Part shown: in pieces, positions 47,671 to 56,914 of the stretch
How positions within the stretch are numbered: position 1 is the first letter of the stretch
How the letters are laid out: each line of letters begins with the position of its first letter
DNA from: Chloroflexi bacterium HGW-Chloroflexi-2
GTDB lineage: Bacteria > Chloroflexota > Anaerolineae > Anaerolineales > Anaerolineaceae
DNA length: 64,000 bases
Direction of reading: 5' to 3'
NCBI GenBank assembly: GCA_002840735.1
Contig: PHBY01000003.1
Span: 186,734 to 250,733, forward strand
Notes under the pieces: generated by a model
Told to the model about the DNA's origin: nothing
Database searches by the model: none
Seen by the model: only the letters and a program-made list of their open reading frames with translations
Made by a program: the position numbers and the translations under genes

Positions 47671-48978
47671 CTAATCCACGATTTCATAAAATAATGGCAG
47701 AGGTTCGCATTTTTCTTCTTCAATCTTGTAAGCCTGAAGCACCTGCCGTTTCGCCAATTCCAGTTTTTCCTTAGAATTAGCATGGATTGTGAACAGTGGT
47801 TCACCTGCAATTACATAATCCCCAACTTTATGATGAACAATTATTCCAACAGCATGATCGACAGGATCACCTTTCTTAGCTCTTCCCGCACCCAGATCGA
47901 CTGAGGTTTCACCTATGATGCGCGCATCGATCCAGTGGACAAATCCATTCTTATCTGCATTTTTCGTCTCAATAAAAATGGCTTTTGGTAATAGATCTGG
48001 CTGGTCAATGAATTTAACATCGCCTCCCTGGGCAATAACCATTTGGCGGAATTTTTCCCAGGCTTTACCATTTTTAAGGACATCTTCCACCATTTGTCGA
48101 GCCTGTATCAAATTCTTGGCTTTCTTGCCCAACATAACAAGATAAGCAGCAGCAGAAAGACAATGTTCTACGAAATCATTTGGTCCGCCACCATGTAAAG
48201 TATCAATGGCTTCCAGGAGCTCCAGGGAATTTCCAACGGCATTTCCCAGGGGTTGATTCATGTCTGACAACATACAAACGGCTTTGCGACCACTGATTTG
48301 TGCAATCGAAACTAACAAACGAGAGAGTATTCTGGCATCTTCCAATGTGGTCATAAAAGCCCCAACCCCCACTTTAACATCCAGAACGATAACCTGAGCA
48401 CCCCCGGCAATTTTTTTGGACATAACAGAGGAGGCAATGAGCGGCATTGATGGTACAGTGCCGGTTACATCTCGCAAGGCATACATTTTGCCATCTGCAG
48501 GCGCCAAATCTCCACTTTGACCGGATAATACAATCCCGATTAATTTTAGTTGCTGGATGAATTCTTCTCGGGTTAGGTCAACCCGGTAACCAGGAATGGA
48601 TTCCATCTTATCCAGTGTGCCACCACTGAATCCTAAACCACGTCCCGACATCTTTCCAAAAGGCAAACCACAAGCCGCAACAAGTGGTTCAACCACCAGG
48701 GTGGTTTTATCGCCCACACCACCGGTTGAATGTTTATCCAGGCAGATATCAACCACGTCGGATAAATCAAGAATCTCACCAGAATGAGCCATAGCCAGGG
48801 TTAAATATGTCGTCTCCTGATCAGTCATGCCATTCAATAACACAGCCATTGCCCATGCAGCTGCCTGGTAATCTGGTATATCACCAGCAGTAAATCCATT
48901 GATGAAGAATTCTATTTCATCTTTACTGAGTTCTTGTTTATCTCTTTTTTTGATGATGATATCGACAGCTTTCATCAT
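47671..48978 (-). CDS. pdp: Pyrimidine-nucleoside (thymidine) phosphorylase
   Basis: DKHSTGGVGDK, SGRGLGFSGGTLDK and the overall family-3 glycosyltransferase/PYNP pattern. Confidence 0.9.
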   Translation of the reverse strand: MMKAVDIIIKKRDKQELSKDEIEFFINGFTAGDIPDYQAAAWAMAVLLNGMTDQETTYLTLAMAHSGEILDLSDVVDICLDKHSTGGVGDKTTLVVEPLVAACGLPFGKMSGRGLGFSGGTLDKMESIPGYRVDLTREEFIQQLKLIGIVLSGQSGDLAPADGKMYALRDVTGTVPSMPLIASSVMSKKIAGGAQVIVLDVKVGVGAFMTTLEDARILSRLLVSIAQISGRKAVCMLSDMNQPLGNAVGNSLELLEAIDTLHGGGPNDFVEHCLSAAAYLVMLGKKAKNLIQARQMVEDVLKNGKAWEKFRQMVIAQGGDVKFIDQPDLLPKAIFIETKNADKNGFVHWIDARIIGETSVDLGAGRAKKGDPVDHAVGIIVHHKVGDYVIAGEPLFTIHANSKEKLELAKRQVLQAYKIEEEKCEPLPLFYEIVD

Positions 48979-49002
48979 TTCACCTTTCGTAAAAACCCCA
49001 TT

Positions 49003-49044
49003 TAAAAAAGAAAGAACGCCAACAATGAATTTATTAGCGTTCTT
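49003..49044 (-). terminator. Candidate rho-independent terminator downstream of jag
   Basis: Stem AAGAACGC / GCGTTCTT followed on the minus strand by UCUUUUUU. The loop is large and may pair further. Confidence 0.5.
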
Positions 49045-49053
49045 TTATTTAAC

Positions 49054-49824
49054 TTACTTTTGTTTTTTGAGAATAATTGTTACTTTACGATTTGGTTCTT
49101 CACCAACACTCTCCGTCATCACATATTCATGATTCCGTAACTCCAGATGGATCACTCGACGCTCATTGGCTGGCATCGGTTCCAGATTTTGTCTTCGACC
49201 CGTGTGAACAACCTGCTCTGCCATTCTACGTGCCAGAACCTTTAATTGTCTTTCACGTCGTTCCCTATATCCCTGCACATCAATCATTAGGGGAACCCAT
49301 TCTCCATATTCTTTGGCAACGATCAGACTGCTGATATATTGAAGTGAATTCAAGGTTTCGCTACGGCGGCCGATCAGGATGCTTAAATCTCTGCCCAGTA
49401 TTTCCACCTGCACCATTCTCTGGTCTCGTTCATCGATGGGTGCAACGTACTTTGCTTCAACTTTTGCATCGATGTGCATTTTTTGAAGCAATTCCCAAAC
49501 AACATCTTCGGCTAATTTTAAAACCGGGTCTTTTTCGATCTCAACGGTATCTGTAACAATTGGAGAAGGTTTTTCAGCTATTGGTTTTTCAACAGTAGCT
49601 CTTTCAGTTTTGGGGTTCAGTTCAGGTTTTTTCTCTTCTCCATTGCGAATAGAAAGTCGTACACGAGCTTGTCTACTCCCCAACCCAAACAGACCTTTAC
49701 TGCCTTGATCCAATACTTCAACATCCAACTTGTCTTGCGCTATTCCTAATGTCTTTGCCCCTTGTTCGATTGCTTCTTCAACAGTAGGAGCTATGAATTC
49801 CTGGGTAATTTTTTTGTATTCCAT
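49054..49824 (-). CDS. jag: Jag/KhpB RNA-binding protein (Jag_N, KH, R3H)
   Basis: N-terminal Jag_N pattern (TVEEAIEQGAKTLG) and C-terminal R3H (LEPMPANERRVIHLEL). Canonical position after yidC. Confidence 0.85.
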   Translation of the reverse strand: MEYKKITQEFIAPTVEEAIEQGAKTLGIAQDKLDVEVLDQGSKGLFGLGSRQARVRLSIRNGEEKKPELNPKTERATVEKPIAEKPSPIVTDTVEIEKDPVLKLAEDVVWELLQKMHIDAKVEAKYVAPIDERDQRMVQVEILGRDLSILIGRRSETLNSLQYISSLIVAKEYGEWVPLMIDVQGYRERRERQLKVLARRMAEQVVHTGRRQNLEPMPANERRVIHLELRNHEYVMTESVGEEPNRKVTIILKKQK

Positions 49825-49839
49825 AAGAGATCCAACTTT

Positions 49840-50643
49840 CTACTTTTTCCGTTTTGTTGAAACTGCCACTGGTTTATTGGTTTTTTTGCCAGGCAAGAGG
49901 TTTCTCCAATTGACTTTTCCTAACATTGCATATTGGGCAATACCGAGTAGGTTTGATACCAGGAAGTATAAAGATAATCCCGATGCCAATGTCAATGCCA
50001 GATAACCCATAAAGAAAGGCATGTATATGTTCATCATATTACCCATCATCGCCGTTTGATCTTTTGGATTTTGTGATGGTGGTTGAATCAATTTTGATTG
50101 GACATAGGTTGAAATAACCACCAATATAGCCAGAATTGGAATTCCAAATGAAAGAAATGGGAGATTTAATCGTTCTGGTTGCCCTAAATCCATCCATAAA
50201 AATTGACTGTTCAACGGTATGATACTTGAGACATCCAGAAAATCTGAATAGACGTGACGGACCAAATTAAGCACCTCTACTGGAGTTGCTGCTAAAGCAG
50301 CAATAATACTCTGGTATAGAGCGATGATAATTGGAAATTGGATCAAAGTTGGTAAACAGGAGGCAAATGGGTTGATACCTTTTTCTTTGTAATACTTCAT
50401 TTGCTCCTGGGCTAATTTTTCCTTATCGCCCTTATATTTTTCCTGTACTTTTTTCCACTCTTCGTCCTGTTGCATATTCTGCATACCCTGGGCGCCTTTA
50501 ATTTGCTTAACCATCAAAGGATGAGTGATTAAACGTATTATGATGGTGAAGAGAATGATCGCAATCCCGAAGTTTTTACCAACGATACTGTAAATAAATA
50601 GTATTACATTTATAAAGGGAGTAATGATTATTGCATCCCACAT
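49840..50643 (-). CDS. yidC: Membrane protein insertase YidC (short, Gram-positive-like form)
   Basis: Conserved blocks GIAIILFTIIIRLITHPL, GINPFASCLPTLIQFPI and FLWMDLGQP. Confidence 0.9.
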   Translation of the reverse strand: MWDAIIITPFINVILFIYSIVGKNFGIAIILFTIIIRLITHPLMVKQIKGAQGMQNMQQDEEWKKVQEKYKGDKEKLAQEQMKYYKEKGINPFASCLPTLIQFPIIIALYQSIIAALAATPVEVLNLVRHVYSDFLDVSSIIPLNSQFLWMDLGQPERLNLPFLSFGIPILAILVVISTYVQSKLIQPPSQNPKDQTAMMGNMMNIYMPFFMGYLALTLASGLSLYFLVSNLLGIAQYAMLGKVNWRNLLPGKKTNKPVAVSTKRKK

Positions 50644-50657
50644 TTTTTAACCTGCCT

Positions 50658-51710
50658 TTACTTTTCTGGCGTGAATTTCCAGATCTCATTGCCATTAAAA
50701 TCGTAAGCTTTGATGACTTCTTCCCCTTGAGAAATACCCAAAACCAACAAGCCATCCACAATTACTGGGCCAGTATACAATTTTCCAGTAATGGAGCGAG
50801 TCCACAAGATGTTTCCATTGAAATCCAAAGCAACCAACTTGCCATTTTCACCCGCAAATACAACTCCATCAGGCATGACTGCTGGCGCTCCAGATACCAT
50901 CTCACCCATCACATAATCCCATACAGCATTTCCATCAGTAGCAGACACCGCAAATATTTTTCCAGCAGTATCACCATAATAAACTACTCCATTGTCATAT
51001 ACTGGCTGAGACCATAAACCCACTTCGGATTTATTCTTCCATAGAATTGCACCGTTCTTTGCATTAACAGCAACCACTTCATTCGCAAGAGTCGCCACAA
51101 AGATCGTATCTGTATCAAAGGTTGGGCTATAAACGATTGCACCACCCATGTCTACTTCCCAAATTGATTGGCCACTTTTGATATTAATCGCATATAAATA
51201 ATGGTCCATGGAAGACAGGTAAACTACATCTTCATGAACAATTGGAGTGGACCAGAGTGCATGATTGGCTGTGAATTTCCATTTTAGATTACCATTCAAG
51301 TCCAATGCGTATAAATTATGATCCGCATTAGGAGCTAAAATTGTATCTCCAACCACGAGTGCACCACCAATATAGCGGTTAGTTGCACCTTCAAAGGTCC
51401 AGATTTCTATACCGGTTTGAATATTCAACGCCGACAAAGTGTTTTTATAATCGCCAACGATTATATTCGATCCGTTGATAGCAGGGTTTGCATAATAAGT
51501 TCTCGCTGCTTCAACTTTTTCAGGGTATCGCCAATTCAGAGATCCATCTTTTAACCGTAATGCATAAACCTGATTTGCATAGGCAACATAAACAGAATCC
51601 TCATCACCGGAAATACCTGGCCAACCACTGGCATTCAAGACTCCACTACAAGCGGACAAGCTTAATGTCAGCATGACAAACATTGTAATTATTAATATTT
51701 TTTTCTTCAT
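50658..51710 (-). CDS. PQQ-like beta-propeller lipoprotein (BamB-like repeat family)
   Basis: Lipobox LSLSAC after a signal peptide. There are repeated G..W.. / Y..D...G...W blocks typical of PQQ/BamB-type eight-bladed propellers. Confidence 0.75.
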   Translation of the reverse strand: MKKKILIITMFVMLTLSLSACSGVLNASGWPGISGDEDSVYVAYANQVYALRLKDGSLNWRYPEKVEAARTYYANPAINGSNIIVGDYKNTLSALNIQTGIEIWTFEGATNRYIGGALVVGDTILAPNADHNLYALDLNGNLKWKFTANHALWSTPIVHEDVVYLSSMDHYLYAINIKSGQSIWEVDMGGAIVYSPTFDTDTIFVATLANEVVAVNAKNGAILWKNKSEVGLWSQPVYDNGVVYYGDTAGKIFAVSATDGNAVWDYVMGEMVSGAPAVMPDGVVFAGENGKLVALDFNGNILWTRSITGKLYTGPVIVDGLLVLGISQGEEVIKAYDFNGNEIWKFTPEK

Positions 51711-51759
51711 TGAACTCTTTAATTTCAGGGGGTAATTAAACTCATTAAACCTGATTCAT

Positions 51760-52041
51760 TCAGGGAACAGGGTCGTAACCACCGGGGTTAAATGGATTGC
51801 AACGCAACACCCGCCAGATCGCCATCAATAAACCTTTTATGGCTCCATGTTTATAAATGGCCTGATACCCATAATGAGAACAGCTGGGATAGAAGCGGCA
51901 GGTATTCGCCGGTAATGCTGGAGAAATTAGTTTCTGATATAAACGAATGAAAACCAATAATATCCAGCGCGGAAAATTTCTCAAATTGAATGGTAAGGAA
52001 TTTAAAGTAGGCTCATTCGGATACTCGTGTAGATAACTCAT
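51760..52041 (-). CDS. yidD: Membrane protein insertion efficiency factor YidD
   Basis: Hallmark [19 protein letters not shown]. It overlaps the rnpA stop by 4 nt. Confidence 0.85.
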   Translation of the reverse strand: MSYLHEYPNEPTLNSLPFNLRNFPRWILLVFIRLYQKLISPALPANTCRFYPSCSHYGYQAIYKHGAIKGLLMAIWRVLRCNPFNPGGYDPVP

Positions 52042-52391
52042 TTCCTTCCACTTTCGTCCAAAAACAATCCTGCACGCTTTAGCAAGCAGATCTCTGCTGC
52101 GATAATATCACAAAAAGCAGCATCCACAATTGGTTTTCTTGCCAGAAACACCAGATCCCAACCAGGCTGAATATTTTCCATTAATTCGCTCAAACTGGCT
52201 CGCATCCGGCGTTTCGCACGATTTCTTGTAACAGCATTTCCAACAGCCTTACCAGCAGATACTCCAATTCTGAGTAACCCATCAGGGTTTGGCAATATGA
52301 TCAAAACGAGTAGAGGATGGGCAATGGATTTTCCTGTTTGCTTTACCCGTTGAAAATCGTTTGATCGCGTTAATCGATAGTTGCGTTTCAC
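52038..52391 (-). CDS. rnpA: Ribonuclease P protein component
   Basis: The RNR-type motif [15 protein letters not shown], the size, and the position between rpmH and yidD. Confidence 0.85.
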   Translation of the reverse strand: MKRNYRLTRSNDFQRVKQTGKSIAHPLLVLIILPNPDGLLRIGVSAGKAVGNAVTRNRAKRRMRASLSELMENIQPGWDLVFLARKPIVDAAFCDIIAAEICLLKRAGLFLDESGRK

Positions 52392-52449
52392 TCATTTACC
52401 TGTCCGCAAATCATCTGATGACAGGTTTGATCCGAACAAGAAATTAACT

Positions 52450-52617
52450 TTACCAGCTAATTCTTTTAACATGAGGTAGCGTTACTGCAAGACTACTGCG
52501 TCCACGAAGACGACGGCGTTTCAATACATCACGTCCACCTTTGGTTGCCATTCGTGCTCGAAAACCATGCACTCGAATACGATGTTTTTTCTTCGGTTGG
52601 TATGTCCGTTTGGGCAT
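52450..52617 (-). CDS. rpmH: 50S ribosomal protein L34 (55 aa, C-terminally extended)
   Basis: Not in the ORF track because it is under 60 aa. My own translation is [55 protein letters not shown], which matches the L34 consensus (KRTYQP...HGFR.RM.T..GR.VL..RR..GR..L). Confidence 0.85.
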   Translation of the reverse strand: MPKRTYQPKKKHRIRVHGFRARMATKGGRDVLKRRRLRGRSSLAVTLPHVKRISW

Positions 52618-52672
52618 AGATTATTCCTTTCAAAGTTGAATTATATCAAAACTAAAAAACCGACAAGCGATT

Positions 52673-52701
52673 ATTATACCGCAACGGAGTATTGTGGTCA
52701 A
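52673..52701 (-). promoter_or_regulatory. Sigma-70 promoter for rpmH-rnpA-yidD operon
   Basis: Minus strand reads TTGACC, a 17-nt spacer, then TATAAT, about 55 nt upstream of the rpmH ATG. Confidence 0.55.
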
Positions 52702-52830
52702 ACCTGATCAGCTTTTTTTCATCCTTTTTCCAGTGCAATTGTTCAGCAAACTTGGAAGTGGGCTTGCGATATAATTACTGGATATCAAAAATAAATTTTA
52801 CCAGAAATTCAGAAATTTGGAGATGTAGAA

Positions 52831-53784
52831 ATGTTTACTCCACATATAACGAATAAGGTTGCAATTGTTGGCATTGGAAATGTAGGAGCCACACTTGCGT
52901 ATGCACTGACACTCTCCGGTCTGGCAACTGAAATTGTGCTGATAGATCGTAATACCCATAAAGCTGAAGGTGAAGCAATGGATCTGATGCATGCTGTTCC
53001 ACTCGTTCGACCCACCAGGATTTATGCGGGTGATTATAAAGATGCCCAGGGTGCAGCAATCACAGTCGTGACAGCAGGAACGGCTCAACGAACAGGAGAA
53101 ACAAGGTTGGATCTTGCACAAAGAAACACCGATATTTTTAAACAAATCATTCCTGAAATTGTGAAATACAATCCCAATGGATTGATACTGATTGCCACAA
53201 ATCCGGTGGATGTTTTAACTTATGTTTCCATCAAAGTATCCGGGTTACCAGCGCAACGGGTTTTCGGATCAGGCACTATCCTCGATACAGCCCGTTTCCG
53301 TTATCTGTTATCCACACGATTTGATGTGGATCCCCGCAGTGTTCATGCTTTTATCATTGGTGAACATGGAGATAGCGAGGTGGCTGTCTGGTCTCTGGCG
53401 AATATAGCCGGGATGAGTTTGACGGATTATTGCAAAACCAATCTGATGGCTTGCAGTGATGATGATCTCACCCAGATTTTCACTCAAACACGGGATGCTG
53501 CTTATCACATTATTGAGCGCAAAGGAGCGACCTATTACGCGATCGGAACCGGTTTGGAAAGAATCATTGAAGCCGTTTTGCGCGATCAAAGCACAGTCCT
53601 TTCCGTTTCCAGTCTGATCGATGATTATTATGATCTTCAGGATGTCTGTTTCTCATTACCAACGGTTATTGATCGTGGAGGAATTGAGAGGGTGCTGAAA
53701 CTTAAATTGAATGATGATGAAAAAACTGGTCTGGAAAAATCCGCCAATATCCTGAAAGATACGATTCAAAAACTGGATTTCTAA
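52831..53784 (+). CDS. ldh: L-lactate dehydrogenase
   Basis: Rossmann motif VAIVGIGNVGA, substrate loop GTAQRTGETRLDL (Gln at the LDH/MDH discriminating position), and catalytic IGEHGDS. Confidence 0.85.
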   Translation: MFTPHITNKVAIVGIGNVGATLAYALTLSGLATEIVLIDRNTHKAEGEAMDLMHAVPLVRPTRIYAGDYKDAQGAAITVVTAGTAQRTGETRLDLAQRNTDIFKQIIPEIVKYNPNGLILIATNPVDVLTYVSIKVSGLPAQRVFGSGTILDTARFRYLLSTRFDVDPRSVHAFIIGEHGDSEVAVWSLANIAGMSLTDYCKTNLMACSDDDLTQIFTQTRDAAYHIIERKGATYYAIGTGLERIIEAVLRDQSTVLSVSSLIDDYYDLQDVCFSLPTVIDRGGIERVLKLKLNDDEKTGLEKSANILKDTIQKLDF

Positions 53785-53843
53785 TTAGTTTATCATTTCA
53801 AGAATTCGCTTCAACTCAGGTTGAAGCAAAAACAACTGTAAAA

Positions 53844-53880
53844 AAGACCAGCCTAAAAATCTGGTCTTTCTATTTTTCTT
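53844..53880 (+). terminator. Rho-independent terminator downstream of ldh
   Basis: Stem AAGACCAG / CTGGTCTT followed by TCTATTTTTCTTT. Confidence 0.65.
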
Positions 53881-53941
53881 TGGGAACTTATTCACAGATT
53901 TCTTCGTCTTATGTATGAAGGTTAATCTTAAGGAGTCTGAA

Positions 53942-54889
53942 ATGAGAAACATGAAACTATTATTAAGTGTTATTTTGATTGCATTCTTAGTTGCTTGCAG
54001 CCCAGGCAGTTCACCAACTGTCTCGCCGGAAGAAATCGATAAAGCCCTGGATGCGATCCGGACGGAAATATCTCAAACGTTAGCAGCTGAAACTGTCACA
54101 GAATCTACAGCTACCGCTTTACCGCCAGTTCCAACGGTAGAACCTACACAGGAACCTTTACCATCTTCTACCCCATTGCCGACTGCAACAGCTGTGATTT
54201 TACCAACAGCCATACCAGCCACACCAACGGCTACAGCTACTGAGCAGCCAAAGGCGATGATTACCATTATAGGTGTAGAAAAAAATGTGGCTGTAACGGT
54301 TCAGGCAGATCTTTTCCCAGCCAATCAGGTATTCAAAATCCGGGTCGGTTCATTAGATAACTTTTTCAAGGATTATGTTGAAGTTGGAACCATCAATTCA
54401 GGTAGTGGAGGAACATTCAAATTCACAGTGCTTCTACCTGAAAAGGTTAAAGATGTTGAGAAAATCACAGTAAGATTGGATAGCGCAGCAGGTGTTTATG
54501 CATACAACTATTTCAAGAATGAAACCAGTGGAACGATTCCAGCGGTAGCAACTCCAGTCACCAGCTCAATTTGTCAGGTTTCAAGCTCGCCAGCTCTGTC
54601 AGCAGTGATGAAAGCAGGAGAAGATTTCGATGCAGTCTGGACTGTCAAGAACATCAGTGGAAAAACCTGGGAAGCAGGTACACTGGATTACAAGTACATT
54701 CGAGGAACGGAACTACACAAATATGAATCTCTGTATGACTTCAATGAAACAGTGAAATCCGGTGACTCCGTGAAAATCAGAGTGGATATGCTTGCCCTTC
54801 ACACCGCTGGTACATACACCACCAATTGGGCTCTGGTACAGGGAAGCAATATTATTTGTAATCTGCCAATCACCATCATCGTAAAATAA
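53942..54889 (+). CDS. Secreted lipoprotein with Pro/Thr-rich linker and C-terminal NBR1/FW-like Ig domain
   Basis: The start has an AAGGAG RBS. Lipobox FLVACS. The linker is LPPVPTVEPTQEPLPSSTPLPTATA.... The C-terminus fits the bacterial NBR1-like pattern (FDAVWTVKNISGKTWEAG ... SGDSVKIRVDM ... GTYTTNWALV). Confidence 0.6.
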   Translation: MRNMKLLLSVILIAFLVACSPGSSPTVSPEEIDKALDAIRTEISQTLAAETVTESTATALPPVPTVEPTQEPLPSSTPLPTATAVILPTAIPATPTATATEQPKAMITIIGVEKNVAVTVQADLFPANQVFKIRVGSLDNFFKDYVEVGTINSGSGGTFKFTVLLPEKVKDVEKITVRLDSAAGVYAYNYFKNETSGTIPAVATPVTSSICQVSSSPALSAVMKAGEDFDAVWTVKNISGKTWEAGTLDYKYIRGTELHKYESLYDFNETVKSGDSVKIRVDMLALHTAGTYTTNWALVQGSNIICNLPITIIVK

Positions 54890-54908
54890 GAATCCAATAA
54901 ATTACAAA

Positions 54909-54940
54909 AAAGACCATCAGCAATGGCGGTCTTTTCTTCT
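54909..54940. terminator. Candidate bidirectional terminator between convergent genes
   Basis: AAAAAGACCAT...ATGGCGGTCTTTTCTTCTTT, an imperfect stem with a T-run on the plus strand and an A-run before it. Confidence 0.4.
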
Positions 54941-56218
54941 TTAACGAGCGATTTCTCCATTTAACCCATGCTCTGAAAAAGCTGTTAATTTCGTTTTAGT
55001 AATTTGGTTGGCTAAATTGAATGGAGATTTTATGGCTATGCGCAAATAATTTCCGGTCAGACCTTTCATCAACCAGCGACCATCTGGCATCTGCTCCCCA
55101 CTCTCCCACAGAACCTCGGCGGTTTTTCCCAGATATGCTGATTGGTATTGATAGGTCATCTCTGCAAAAACTGCCCGCATGGCAGCCGAACGTCGTTTCC
55201 GTATTGCTTTGGGAATTTGATGTTCATAAGTCGCTGCGGCAGTACCCGGTCGGGCGGAAAACGGAAAAATGTGTCCCCCTGCAAAATTCACTTGCCGAAC
55301 AAATTCCATCGATTCTTCGAATAGTTCATCAGTCTCTCCAGGAAAGCCAACGATCATGTCGGTTGTGATGGACATATCCGGTACCACTGCTCTGGCATCC
55401 TGAATAATGCGTATGTACTTTTCCGGAGTTGTTTTGCGCGCCATCCTTTTCAAAATAGCCCCTGAGCCTGATTGCAATGGTAAATGCAAATGCGGACATA
55501 ATCTGGGATCCTCCCATAGGCTGAAGAAATCCTCGCCCAGATCCCAGGGCTCCAGTGAGGATAATCGTAAACGCTGAATGTTGGTTTCCTTTAAAATCGT
55601 CTCAATCAAGTCTCGCAGGTGTAATGTGTGATCTATATCTTTTCCCCACGATCCTAAATGTACACCGGTCAGAACAATTTCCTTCACGCCGCCATCCAGT
55701 GCACTCTTGACATCCACCATTACCTCAACCAGGGGTCGGCTGACACCTTTCCCTCGTGCTACCCTGGTAATGCAAAATGTGCAGAAATTATCACAGCCAT
55801 CCTGCACTTTCAGAAAAGCCCGCGTTCTTAAGTGATCTCCCGGCAAAGGTTCTCGCGCCAGCGGTTCCAGATCAAATATCAAGGGTGTAATATGCAAAAA
55901 ATCGGATACCAATTTGTCTTTGTTCTCATTTAAAACCACGTTTTCCACCCCAGGCAGGTTCAATGCTGCTTGCGGCTCCAGTGTCGCCCAGCACCCGGTG
56001 GCAATAATATGACCTGCCCCTTTATGGGCTGCCTGGCGGATTTTTTGTCGGGAGTCGGAAGCAGCTGCACTGGTCACCGCACAGGTGTTGACAATCACCA
56101 GATCTGCTTTACCAGCATCTTCCACGACAATGTGTCCTGCCCTTCTGAATTGAGCAGCCATAATTTCAATTTCACTCTGGTTGAGACGACAACCAATCGT
56201 ATCAAAATAAACATTCAT
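54941..56218 (-). CDS. mtaB: tRNA t6A37 methylthiotransferase MtaB (radical SAM)
   Basis: UPF0004 N-domain (TIGCRLNQSE, VNTCAVT), radical-SAM CDNFCTFC, and a C-terminal TRAM-like region. Confidence 0.85.
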   Translation of the reverse strand: MNVYFDTIGCRLNQSEIEIMAAQFRRAGHIVVEDAGKADLVIVNTCAVTSAAASDSRQKIRQAAHKGAGHIIATGCWATLEPQAALNLPGVENVVLNENKDKLVSDFLHITPLIFDLEPLAREPLPGDHLRTRAFLKVQDGCDNFCTFCITRVARGKGVSRPLVEVMVDVKSALDGGVKEIVLTGVHLGSWGKDIDHTLHLRDLIETILKETNIQRLRLSSLEPWDLGEDFFSLWEDPRLCPHLHLPLQSGSGAILKRMARKTTPEKYIRIIQDARAVVPDMSITTDMIVGFPGETDELFEESMEFVRQVNFAGGHIFPFSARPGTAAATYEHQIPKAIRKRRSAAMRAVFAEMTYQYQSAYLGKTAEVLWESGEQMPDGRWLMKGLTGNYLRIAIKSPFNLANQITKTKLTAFSEHGLNGEIAR

Positions 56219-56229
56219 AACAAAAAACC

Positions 56230-56898
56230 TTATGGTTGAAAAACAGTCAGATTATCAAAGAAAATATCCACACCAGGTTCTTCGAAACTGCCTGCTATCA
56301 AACCTACATCGCCTTGTGTAAAGCTGTTATCCTGGATGGAAAACTGGTTTTGTCCATTAATGTCCAACTTCAAAAAATTATACTGACAGGTTACTACCAG
56401 AGAATTAATGGCTTTGCCTTGACGAACAGACGGGGCAAATTCCATGGATTCGCTGTTGATAAGCTGGTAAACTCCATCTTCCACTTTTATAATTCCAGCA
56501 TAGGCATCACTGCTGATCACAAAAGCGTAATAATTCTTTTCATCCCGCATCCGACAAATAACACCAAAGGTATTATTATCCGGTCCACCGATCTTAATAG
56601 CTTCTACTTCAATCCGAACATCAGTGAATGTATATCCAGGTTTCGAATAGAAATCCAGGTGCGGTTTGTCAACAAAAAAACGCAACCCATCCGCCTGATA
56701 AATCACATAAGAGCCATTCTGATTCCATGTATTCCATCCACTTTCGTTCGAAGAAAAAGTATCGCTGAATAATACTGTTCCAGACGGAGGGATCTCTGTA
56801 CTCACAGGAAAAAGCCTATCCACCACAGAACAGGCATTTAATATGACGATCAGGGACAAAGAAAAAATTATTCTTTTCATTGGAAATGATTTTAACAT
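56230..56898 (-). CDS. Lipoprotein with predicted concanavalin/DUF1080-like jelly-roll domain
   Basis: Signal peptide with lipobox ILNACS. The pattern LFSDTFSSNESGW ... GVICRMRDEKNYYAF ... GDVGLIAGS ... FDNLTV resembles LamG/DUF1080-type domains. The domain assignment is tentative. Confidence 0.55.
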   Translation of the reverse strand: MLKSFPMKRIIFSLSLIVILNACSVVDRLFPVSTEIPPSGTVLFSDTFSSNESGWNTWNQNGSYVIYQADGLRFFVDKPHLDFYSKPGYTFTDVRIEVEAIKIGGPDNNTFGVICRMRDEKNYYAFVISSDAYAGIIKVEDGVYQLINSESMEFAPSVRQGKAINSLVVTCQYNFLKLDINGQNQFSIQDNSFTQGDVGLIAGSFEEPGVDIFFDNLTVFQP

Positions 56899-56914
56899 GG
56901 ATATGGAAATGCGC

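Noticed and set aside
50631-51017. A 128-aa plus-strand ORF overlapping the yidC start and the PQQ-propeller gene.
   Set aside because: It is antisense to two well-supported genes, has no RBS, and its composition is implausible.
52618-52830. A possible replication origin at the divergent rpmH/ldh spacer, given parAB and the rpmH-rnpA-yidC-jag genes in the window and the long co-oriented minus-strand gene run ending here.
   Set aside because: No dnaA or dnaN is adjacent. I found no good DnaA boxes, only TGTGGTCAA with two mismatches to TGTGGATAA. There is no clear AT-rich unwinding repeat, and the spacer is explained by two promoters. A cumulative GC-skew plot of the whole replicon would be decisive.
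56236-56772. A 178-aa plus-strand ORF almost co-extensive with the minus-strand lipoprotein gene 56230..56898.
   Set aside because: The minus-strand product has a signal peptide, a lipobox and a coherent domain pattern. The plus-strand product is Ile/Asn/Phe-rich with no features, so it was treated as a shadow ORF.
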